From: Octopus sinensis
Taxonomy: Eukaryota
Direction of reading: 5' to 3'
Length of the DNA stretch: 64,000 bases
Assembly (NCBI RefSeq): GCF_006345805.1
Contig: NC_043006.1
Coordinates: forward strand, 91,822,001-91,886,000
Positions 54,420 to 64,000 of the stretch are shown piece by piece. The notes under the pieces are model-generated. The model searched no databases. It saw nothing but the letters and a program-made list of their open reading frames with translations, and was not told the origin of the DNA. Position 1 is the first letter of the stretch; each line of letters starts with the position of its first letter. Position numbers and translations under genes: made by a program.

Positions 54420-54635
54420 TTTGGTATTGTTCCTTCATCATTACACATGTTTCACCTGCTAATGAGAATTACAAAATTGTACATGTAGGAGAAACATGTA
54501 AGACAACTCCTATGAGAAATTCTGTCTCTCAAGAATTACTAACAAGAATTGTCTTACATGTTTTTCCTACATGTAGAATTTTGCGATTCCTCGTGGCAAA
54601 TGTGACGTGTTATAGTGAACAAATAATACCATTTT
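54420..54635. repeat. Diverged ~215 bp palindrome (MITE/foldback relic)
   Basis: CAAAATTGTACATGTAGGAGAAACATGTAAGACAA / TTGTCTTACATGTTTTTCCTACATGTAGAATTTTG. Confidence 0.65.
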
Positions 54636-54663
54636 TTTCAGTCTCTTGTTATGATATGCAATT

Positions 54664-54973
54664 CTTTTTCGCCCTTTTCAAGCCTAGCCAGGCTCATGGG
54701 CCCGGTTTCCCGGTTTCTGTGGCATATGTGTTCACCCCAGCTGGACGGGACGCCAGTCCATTGTAGCGTTACTCAAGAAACAGGGAAAAAAAGAGTGAAA
54801 GAAAGTTGGGGAGAAAGAGTACAACAGGGGTCGCCACCACCCTCTGCCAGGGACTCGTGGAGCTTTAGGTGTTTTCGCTCAATAAACATGCTCACCGCCC
54901 GGTCTGGAAATCGAAACTGCGATCCTCCAACCGCGAGTCCGCTGCCTTAACCACTGGGCCATTGCGCCTCCAC
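54664..54973 (-). mobile_element. Full-length SINE, head/body C with tail type 2, 13 bp TSD
   Basis: ATGATATG(C/T)AATT at 54651-54663 and 54974-54986; tail ATGGACTGGCGTCCCGTCCAG...GAAACCGGGAAACCGGGCCC. Confidence 0.9.
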
Positions 54974-55139
54974 ATGATATGTAATTACTCTGCAAAGAAT
55001 ATTTTCCAAAATTTTTACCTCCGATGCATATTTCACGCAAATATACCACCTACATCCGCCTTTGGATTACTGGAATAAACAGATGTACTTAAAGAGGACA
55101 GCCTGGATTATAATGCCATCGGCATAATACGCACATATG

Positions 55140-55355
55140 TGTACGTCTGTACTTGAATTAGTTCCCAACACACGCCTCTTGACAACCAGCGTCGGTTTCT
55201 AGCAGCGCTTTGGTAAAAGAGACTAAAATAACAAGCACCAGATTTTGAAAGAAATAATTACTGGGGTTGGTTTGTTTGACTAAAACCTCCTCGGCAGTGC
55301 TCCAGCATGGCTGTAGTCCAATGACTGAAACAAGTAAAAGATGAAAGATAAAAGA
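55140..55355 (+). mobile_element. SINE family B 3' half
   Basis: CTTGACAACC...GTGCTCCAGCATGGCTGTAGTCCAATGACTGAAACAAGTAAAAG. Confidence 0.65.
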
Positions 55356-55384
55356 TTTCCTTTTCTCTCAATAAAAAAAGGGTT

Positions 55385-55450
55385 TTGATTGATTGATTGA
55401 TTGATTCCAGTTTCAGCTCATGAGCTGTGGCCATGCTGGGGCACCGCCAT
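55385..55450 (-). mobile_element. ~45 bp LINE 3' stub with (AATC)n tail
   Basis: Minus ATGGCGGTGCCCCAGCATGGCCAC is identical to the 3' end of the 10425 LINE. Confidence 0.7.
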
Positions 55451-56401
55451 AATTTTCCTCAATAAATTCTTTCAGTAAGACAGGTTGATCATGGTTGGAG
55501 CGCCATCCATTATAGATCTGCTTATACAGTAACGATTTGGTGCTAAACACAATACCTGTAAGACCTTTTAAATATAATATATTTACTGATACGCCATGGA
55601 AATGTTTGATTTATCGAAATCACCATTGGAATTGACAGCTTTTCTCAGTTTCGAAGGTGACAAGACTAAAATGACCAAAGTCACAATGATAGAGGAGGTT
55701 CTACATCCTCAGCGTGTGAATGTGTGTGTAAGTGTGTGTCTTTTTCTATGTACATTTGTGTGTGTGTGTGTGTATCATGTGTACTTCTTTAATGACCCAG
55801 ACCCTAATGGTGACAAGCATAGCTTAGAGACAACTTTAATAAGATATTTCCAGCTTCATATATTAAAGCAAGAGATAGTTGTATGCATTGGTTCTATGCA
55901 CAGCAGAACGATCCAGACACGACATAAACAATTGAAGACTTGATTGTTAAGTCAAAATTTCATCTGGCATTCTCTGGTTCGAATTTCTCTTGTTCGAATT
56001 TCAGACTTTCGTAATAATCAGTTAAAAGCAAAAAGCAAATAAAAATATAACAAAATAAAAAAAGATAATTTTGAAGATAAACCCACGTATTTTAGTAACA
56101 GTTATCCTATAATGGTTTTTGATTTAGACTCAAGGACGGAAATTTCGATGGGAGGGCACATGTGGACACCATCCAGCACAGTGTCAAGAATTGAATCTGA
56201 AACCATGTGGCTGGTAAGCAAGCTTGTCAACCGTTCCCAGTAATTTATGAAAAAGATAAAGCTGACCTTAGCAGAAATCGAACTCAGAATATATTGTAAA
56301 TTGCTCGGAGACAACGTTTGAAAGATTATTTAGATAATTTTATTCAAGTTTTGTCAAATATAAGGTTTGACTTACTTTCCACCTATATATATATATATAA
56401 A

Positions 56402-56682
56402 AGGGTAAAGACCCCCTTCGGTCATGAATGACCATGGGATTGCACCTAGAAAGTTACCCTCCTAGACACAAGTCCAGGCAAGGTTGTTTTATGGAAGACC
56501 AGCAGTCACCCATGCATACCAGCCTCCCCCTCCACGCCACCAGTGTTATCCAAGGGAAATACAAAGGTCGATACAGCTTGGCACCTGTGACGTCGCAACT
56601 CATTTCTACAGCTGAGAACTGGAGCAACGTGAAATGAAGTGCCTTGCTCAAGAACACAACACGCAGCCCGGTCCGGGATTCG
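56402..56682 (-). mobile_element. SINE body D with tail type 3, 5'-truncated at the B box
   Basis: Minus: TCGAATCCCGGACCGGGCTGCGTGTTGTGTTCTTGAGCAAGGCACTTCATTTCACGTTGCTCCAGTTCTCAGCTGTAGAAATGAGTTGCGACGTCAC. Confidence 0.8.
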
Positions 56683-56770
<88 letters not shown>

Positions 56771-56959
56771 CGTTGTGTGTGTGTGCGTGTTTTCCTCTGA
56801 GTTTTATTTAAATTCTTAAGAGCGTTCAAGTTGGTCGCTGCTAACAGAACGACAAGGCTTTTTGAGTTAAGAGAGTTGCCTGTGTTTGTAAGTATGTGGC
56901 TTAGCTGCTGTGTTAGTTGAGCTGTTGATGCACACACTCAAATCTGTCCATCTATTCGT

Positions 56960-58323
56960 TTGAAAGAATCTTAAATGGAATGTCTTACAAAACTTCACTG
57001 TGCTACTAAAAGATTGGATTTGGGGAATCTGCGCCAGTTTGTTTCACTCTTTCTTCAAAAACCTGGTGTTTCTATGCTTTAGTGAACATTTATTGGTACA
57101 TAACCTAATGTACCAATGCCAGTTGGTACAAATGGAAATTCATGGTTATCGGGGAAGAGCTGTAAGTTTCGCGTTACTTCACTAGCACTATTTTCTTTTC
57201 GCTGAACTTTTGATTGCACATCCGCTGGGCAGCTGGTCTCTGCAACAGTGCATTACTTTGAAGACGAAACCAGTGAGGAATGGCAAATAGCTACAAAAAG
57301 AAGGAAAATAAAGAGCAGAAACACAACCAAACCAAATGCAAACACAAACAAAGCAGGGGGAAATACATCTCCCGAAGACATTTCAAAACCCAACACAAAC
57401 AACAGCCACACCAACACCACAAAAATATATACAGCAAACATGCTCACAGCTATAGACACCAAAAACACAAATTTGATGGAATACATCCAATCAAAAACAA
57501 ACATAACAGAAGATGACATAAAAACAAACAATCACCCATACACAACACCACCAGACCACATCAAAATATCACACATCTCCAAAAGTCTGCACCACACACT
57601 CAAAGGCATTTTCCCCAGTGCGGTTGGTATATGCCAAAAATATCTCACAAAGAAACTGTACTGGGATCTCCTCGAGGACAAACCAAAGGAGGAGAAAGCA
57701 AAAAGTCAAGTTTGTACCGAACTGCTGCTTTCCTTGTTTCATCAGTATTCTTTGTTTTTAAAGATGGGAATGCATACTGGTCCCGACAAATTTTTGATGT
57801 ATACGACAATCCTGCGGATTTCATTGTAAATAGTCTTTGCAACTATATGATGCCTAGGGGACAGATAACAACTCGGAGATATTTTGGGGCAGCTTCTCAT
57901 GGTGTGGTCGATATCTTGCGCACTAGTTGTAGCAGAGTCGAATTATTTTTATTACAACATAGAAGCTTTGGTGATATCTTTGTCACTCATGTTTATCAGG
58001 TATTTAGTAGCTATCACCTGTCCCTGGATAGCGAAGGTCCAGAGAGAAGCAACTCATGCTGTTGCTTTCCTCTAGCTTACAGGATATGTATCCATGTATT
58101 GCATTTTGCTGGAATGATGTCTGCTTCTCCTCCAGGCTTTTGTTTAGGTAGGCCAGTCCAGCCTTCTTTAGGTCGCACGAGACAGTTGTATTCTGAGAGT
58201 ACCTGAAAATGCTGTTGCTTCCACTTTTGAGTACGCATGAAATGTACTCACTTCTTTCTTTACTGTTCAGCAGGTGTTGTCTGAGTGATATACTGCAACA
58301 TTCAAAGGCTTTTTGGACTCACC
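56960..58323 (-). mobile_element. Old R4-like LINE 3' region split by an insertion
   Basis: 57700-58323: FAIQGQVIATKYL..DIDHTMRSC..PRHHIVAK; 56960-57262: CTVAETSCPAD..FVPTGIGTLGYVP..TVKFCKTF. Confidence 0.7.
57265..57700 (+). mobile_element. Internal ORF1 C-terminal fragment of the Tx1/L1-like family
   Basis: EWQIAT..MLTAIDTKNTNLMEYI..DDIKTNNHP.TTPP.HIKI matches 63195-63560. Confidence 0.8.
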
Positions 58324-58351
58324 TTATGTATGTATGTATGTATGTATGTAT

Positions 58352-58766
58352 GCAGGAGTGGCTGTGTAGCTTGCTTACCAACCACTTGGTTCCGGGTTCA
58401 GTCCCACTGCGTGGCACCTTGGGCAAGTGTCTTCTACTATAGCCCCGGACCGACCAAAGCATTGTGAGTGGATTTGGTAGACGGAAAATTAAAGAAGCCC
58501 GTCGTATATATGTATATGTATATATATATGTGTTTGTGTGTGTTTGTGTGTCTGTGTTTATCCCCCCCCCCGAACATCGCTTGACAACCGATGTTGGTGT
58601 GTTTACGACCTCGTAACTTAGCGGTTCGGCAAAAGAGACAAAAGTTCGGCAAAAGTACTAGGCTTAGAAAGAATAACTCCTGGTACCGATTTCCACGACT
58701 AAAGGCGATGCTCCAGCATGGCCGCAGTCAAATGACTGAAACCAGTAAAAGAGTAAAGAGAGAGAG
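58352..58766 (+). mobile_element. Near full-length SINE family B
   Basis: GGTTCAGTCCC B box, GTGGCACCTTGGGCAAGTGTCTT core, tail GGCGATGCTCCAGCATGGCCGCAGTCAAATGACTGAAAC. Confidence 0.9.
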
Positions 58767-58769
58767 TAT

Positions 58770-59764
58770 GTTAGTTAGTTAGTTAGTTAATTTGGCTCAA
58801 AAGCAAATAGCAAGGCCATGTAGGGGGACATGGAGTTAAGTACAGGGTGGTGTTCATGTAAAGAGTTCAGGCCACTTGAGGTCCAGGGAGGCTTTGAACA
58901 AAGCGGTCGTCGGCATCTTCACCATCTCGTCTGGCAGCTTGTTCCACGGATCCGCAACCCGGACGGAGAAAGCTCCTCTCCTTCGATTGAGATGAAATCG
59001 TCGCAGGTAGAGCTTTTCGGAATGACCCCGCAGCCGACGCTCTGGAGCAGGAGTGAAGAACAGCTCTTTCGAGAGGTTACACTTTCCGCTTATAATGTTG
59101 TGGGCGAGAATGAGATCACCACGGCGGCGGCGTTTTTCAAGAGAATAAAGGTCGAGCGTCCTCAGCCTTTCTTCGTAGGACAAATTTTTGAGACCATGAA
59201 CCATGCGGGTAGCCAGCTTCTGGACTCTTTCGAGATGCTGTATGTCTTTGAGGAGATAAGGAGAAGAGGCTTGAATCCCATACTCCAATATGGGTCTCAC
59301 CAGCGTGACATAGAGTGGTAGGAATATGGCTGCTGTGAGCATTCCGAATGACCGTCGAATCAAGAACAGAATTCCGCGTGCTTTGTTGGCAGCATGGACG
59401 CACTGGGCCGAAGGCGAAAAGGAGGAATCCACCAAGATACCTAGGTCCTTTACCTGATCGGTCCTCTCCAGCAGCAGACGACCCGGCTCGAAATCAAGTT
59501 GAGTTGCAGGAGTAGAGTCGACAGGCAGATGACAGAACTTTGACACGTTCAGACAGAGGTCCCAATCGTTAGACCACTTCCAAATTTGGTGGAGGCATCG
59601 ACGAAGATCCTCTATATTACCGCGAGGAGCGACCAGTTTGATATCGTCGGCAAATAGAAGGGTATGTTGCGTGAGGTCGTCGGGCAAGTCATTTATGAAG
59701 ACTAAGAACAACAAGGGCCCAAGCACTGAACCTTGAGGCACGCCACTGCTCGCACTGGAGACGT
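58770..59764 (-). mobile_element. Young 5'-truncated CR1-clade LINE with (TAAC)n tail
   Basis: Uninterrupted 295 aa ORF at 58854-59741: PQGSVLGPLLFLVFINDLP, LFADDIKL, LERVQK..LSYEERL..SLEKRRRRGDLI, FSVRV..WNKLP. Confidence 0.93.
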
Positions 59765-60667
59765 TTGTATGTATGTATGTATGTATTTATGTATGTATGT
59801 ATGTGCGTGTGTGTGTGTGTGCGTGCGTGTGTGTTTGTGTGTACAGTGTAGGTTGTTTGGCGTTGGCACTAGGTTGTCTGAACCCCGGTTCTTTTGTCCT
59901 TTGGAGTCGAAAAAAATACCAGTTGTAACCAATATAACTGACTAATTCTTCTGCTCAAATTTGAAGAATTACTTCTATGTTAGAAGAAAAAATGTAAGAA
60001 ATATAGTAAGAACGAAGGAACAATATTCCTTACTATTACAAGACATTATAACTATCTCAGCTACATCGATTGAAATTTCGTTTTATATTTACTGAAAAGT
60101 ACGGGGTCTTTGAGAATGTGGGTGCTGTAGTTTAACTTCCACTTGAGCTTTAGCTGTAGTTTAAGCATATAAAGTAAATGCAGGACAGTGAAAGGTGTCA
60201 TCCTGCTGAACCCTTAACAAAAGCAGATGGAATGTCTCGTTTTTTCTTTGTTGTTGTTGTTGTAAAGACTCCTTGGCTGTAATTGTGAATGGTAGGCACA
60301 CAATTGCTTTTATAACTTTCTTCACTACACTTCTTTCGTAAAAAAAAAGGAAAAAGTATTTATGAGAAACGTGACGTGAATCCTGGTCGTTAAGCAGACT
60401 TAGAAATTTCGTTCGGCTTTTTGTGATAACTTAGAAGTAGATCAATAACTCTGATAAAGAATCTCGTATAAAATGAGAGAGAGAGGTGGGGAGAGAAAAA
60501 AAAACAAAACAAAAAGACAGTGAATCAAATATGGTGGAGAGAAAAGTAACTTCTGAACAATAAAACAACGTTAAAACTTCTAACTTGACACAACATTAAA
60601 TGCGGAAAAAGAGAAAGAAAGAAAAAAAAAACAACTGAATGTTTCTCAAAATGACGCTGTTAATATT

Positions 60668-61077
60668 GCTTTCAAATTTTGGCTCATGGCCAGCAATTTT
60701 GGGGTAAGATGTAAGATATTTATATCGATCCCCAGTTCTTAACTGCTACTTATTTTATCGACCCTGAAAAAGACGAGAGTCAAAGTTGACCGCGACAAAA
60801 TTTGAACTCAGAACGTAAAGACGGACGAAATGCTGCTCAGCATGTTTTCCGGAGTGCTAAGTCTTCGGCAAGCTGGCAAAATCGTTAGCACGCCGGAAAA
60901 TATGTTTATTGATATTTCGTCCGTTTTACTTTGTGAGTTCAAACTCTATCGCCGTTAAATGTACTTTCCCTCCATTCGAGGGTCGATAAAATAAGTACCA
61001 CTCGAGCACTGGTGTCGAGGTTATCGACTTAGCCCATTACACGAAATTGATGGCTTTGTGCCAAAGTTTGAAATCAG
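60668..61077. mobile_element. Two family A SINEs abutting head-to-head (60668-60873 minus; 60872-61077 plus)
   Basis: TTTCAAATTTTGGC...TTATTTTATCGACCC...TTTGAACTCAGAACGTAAA mirrored by TTTTACTTTGTGAGTTCAAA...GGGTCGATAAAATAAG...GCCAAAGTTTGAAA. Confidence 0.75.
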
Positions 61078-61493
61078 TATTAACCATGTTTTCCACTCGA
61101 TACCAATTGTTTAAGCTATTGTTGTTTTCTTGTGTGTTGAACGTGTTTGACAGTTGGTCAGATGAGCATTATAGTCCCAGGAAGTTTGTTGAAGGCAGTT
61201 GTCCAGCTCTTCATTATATTCGTTCAGTTGGAAAATTGCTGTTTGAAATTCTGTTTACGCCACTGGTTTGTAAACACGACTATATCCAAATCATCTGTCT
61301 AAGCAAATGTGTTTATAAAGTGTCGGACTCGACAAAAACGTAATAATTCATAGGAAATACATAGATATACACTAGAACCTCGGTTTTCGAACAACTCTGA
61401 TAAGTCATGCTTTATCTCCTGTCTTTCTCATATTCATTTAATACAGTAGTACTTCAGTGTACGAACGCCTCTGATCACGAATAAATCGTGCAT

Positions 61494-61578
<85 letters not shown>
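61494..61578. repeat. (CTAT)n microsatellite
   Basis: Direct; similar tracts at 27680, 38281, 44632 and 46573. Confidence 0.95.
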
Positions 61579-61579
<1 letters not shown>

Positions 61580-64000
61580 GGACACACGCAAGTCAAATGG
61601 TGTACAACAACACCCAACACATACTTCCATTAACATCCACACAAAGTTTCGCCCTTTGTGGGCAAAATTTAAAAAAATTCTCAAAGGCTTCGTGGTTTTA
61701 TTTTAGCCATTTTTATTTTCAAAACTGGCTACTAGTCACCACGAGGCCAAAGCGCAAGTCAAGCGTGACGGCCAAACAAAACAGCAAGAACATGAGAATT
61801 CGAACGCCGCTAACACCACCACCACCATCAGCATCAACAACAGCAACAACTACAAAGCCAGGCCATCCACCGTCACCGCCACCAATGATTCCACTATCAA
61901 CACCGACACCACCCACCATAACAGCTTCTTCTACTACAACTGCTCCCTCTGCTAACGATACCACTACCAACAACAACAAAACCAAGGTCGCAAGGCCAAT
62001 CCCCGTCACCGCAACCAATGATTCCACCATCAACACCGACGCGTTGATTTCCCCATACTGCTTTCACCACAATTTCATAAAGGAGGGGAAATGGGGGGAA
62101 AAACACAAGTGCAAATGCAAACATGAACGCTAACATCGCGACCTCCACTCAAAAACTGGTAAACAACCCGACTTCACAGTTATCTACTACTACTACGAAC
62201 GTCTCTGCCACAAACATCACCACGACCACCTCCACAAAAAACAATTTCGCGAAGCCATACGACCGAAAAGAAGAATCCTAAAATTTACTCACCAACAAAT
62301 AAAATACAAGACACAAAGTCCTTGCTCACCAAAGAAGGCGACACAATGCATTTAAATATTCCACGGAACATCATAGAAAAAACACAAAAGAAGACCTTCA
62401 TTTACAGAATACTCAACACTAAAACAAAAAGACCAGAAAGCCCACCTACAGAAAAAATTGAAAAGTGCCTCTCTTCCGTGTGAAAATTCCGAAATGATGT
62501 GAATTGGGGAAGTAAATTTGCTACCGTGCAAGTTCGCTTCCATACGGAAGAACTAGAAAAAAGTTTTCAACGCTTACTCTGCTCACAGACCAGGTAACAA
62601 TGGTACCTACCTTGGGCGCAGAGTAACATTGGTACCTAGCTACAATGTGCCTCCAGTAGTGGATACCCAGTGGCTGGTATCGGCCATCTGCTTCGATATA
62701 GAAGAAGCAGATATTTTAGATCAAAAATTGTATGTAGTGGTGGAGGGCAGGAGGCCAAGGTGCTATTTGTGCAACAGTGAGGCACACTTTAGATATGAGT
62801 GCCCAACTGCTGTCAGAAATAGGTAACAGCAAAAGCAACCACTCCCAAAACCTGGAAGAAAACCCCTGCTACCCACACCACCTTCACCCCAAAAGACAGG
62901 GAAAACAGCAGACGATACAAAAACTGTTTCCCCCTCATCAACCACATCACCAAGAAGAGAATTACCTTCGACATCGCAACCAACAAGAGAAACAACATCA
63001 CCACCAACATCAAGCACAGACCAACACCAACACCAGCACCAAAAACAACAGCCAAGAAAACAAATAACAATGACGAAAAGACAAATTCTGCCCCTAATAC
63101 CCCAACAACACAAACACCACACAAAACAATAACACCTTCTACAAACACACATATAGATCCAAACGCTTTGCCTTTACCCCCTTCCGATTCGACAGAGTGG
63201 CAAATAGCTACCGGGGGTAAAAGAAAAAGATTAAAAAAAAACAAACAAGAAAATTCAACCAAAGCAGAGAGATATCTGAACCCTGAAAGCTCGTCACACA
63301 ACCAAACCAGCACCAACACCACAAAAACACACACAATGCTATCAGCGATAGACACCAAAGACTCAAAACTAATGGAGTACATCACAGCCTACACAAACAT
63401 CTGTGAAGATGACTTAAAAACTAACAACCATCCACGCACTACACCACCCAAACACATCAAAATACTCCACATCACACAGACACAACACCACACACTCAAA
63501 GCCCTCTTTCCAAATGCGTTTGGGGGCTTTCAAAAGTATCTTTCAAAAGAAACTCTATAAAAACCTCCTCCCAGACACATCAAAGGACGAGGAAGCCAAA
63601 TCATTCGACACAGGTAAGTAACTCTCTGTACCTTCCTTTTTGTGTTTTAAAGCACACACCTCTATAGGATCATGGTCAAGATTGGTTGTGTGAATGCACG
63701 TGGCTTGGGGTCTGCTTGGAAACAAGGGTACCTCCTAAATGACATCAAGTCACACGATTTGGGAATCATAGCCATAAGTGAGATCAGACTCCACGAGCCA
63801 TGGGCCCTAAAGTCCATGTTTGGCGGACAGTTTAACATTTATTTTTCTCCCAGTCTGCCGAGGATGGGCGGTAGTGGCACCGCGGTACTTTTTCACAAGA
63901 CCCTGGATCTCGAAGTCAAGACGATATTCGTAGACCCGGAGGGTAGACTGGTCGACGGCAGCAATGAGTGCGCTTTTCGACTCGTATCAGTCTACGCACC
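61579..64000 (+). mobile_element. Tx1/L1-like LINE 5' half (disrupted ORF1 and start of ORF2), continues past the window
   Basis: A/C-rich strand; zinc knuckle VEGRRPRCYLCNSEAHFRYEC near 62740-62800; APE endonuclease downstream. Confidence 0.8.
63672..64000 (+). CDS. ORF2 N-terminus, apurinic/apyrimidinic-like endonuclease (open at window edge)
   Basis: MVKIGCVNARGL...IIAISEIR...GSGTAVLF...DPEGRLV...FRLVSVYA. Confidence 0.85.
   Translation, partial: MVKIGCVNARGLGSAWKQGYLLNDIKSHDLGIIAISEIRLHEPWALKSMFGGQFNIYFSPSLPRMGGSGTAVLFHKTLDLEVKTIFVDPEGRLVDGSNECAFRLVSVYA

Noticed and set aside
54460-54515. CTAATGA...GAAACATGTA in the 54420 palindrome
   Set aside because: No stem I or stem II pairing; likely coincidental
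61597-62133. Mucin-like Pro/Thr-rich host protein
   Set aside because: Lies in the A/C-rich 5' region of the Tx1/L1-like element

Overview
AT-rich, microsatellite-saturated eukaryotic DNA with no host exon I can support. The repeat families look like octopus/coleoid intergenic or intronic DNA; that is an inference from recalled repeat families, not a database result. Almost all ORF-track entries are translations of microsatellites. Recognisable content: many tRNA-headed SINEs built from interchangeable modules; decayed LINEs (CR1-group, RTE, several R4/Dong-type copies packed into (TAA)n tracts, and a Tx1/L1-like element running off the right edge); a Gypsy RT relic; a Tc1 transposase relic; and MITE-like foldbacks. 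The main result is a set of at least 8 unrelated non-coding elements inserted into or beside (TA)n tracts that share one layout: a 5' inverted arm, a type I hammerhead ribozyme with a palindromic stem III, a CCC+A/T-rich 3' end, and, where tandem, monomers of about 478-495 nt. These look like Penelope-dependent retrozyme-like elements. They include intact hammerheads (14738-14783, 50467-50529), a G3-C8 compensatory core variant (12898-12948, 17707-17757) and recurrent U4C cores. All structures were folded by eye and boundaries are approximate.
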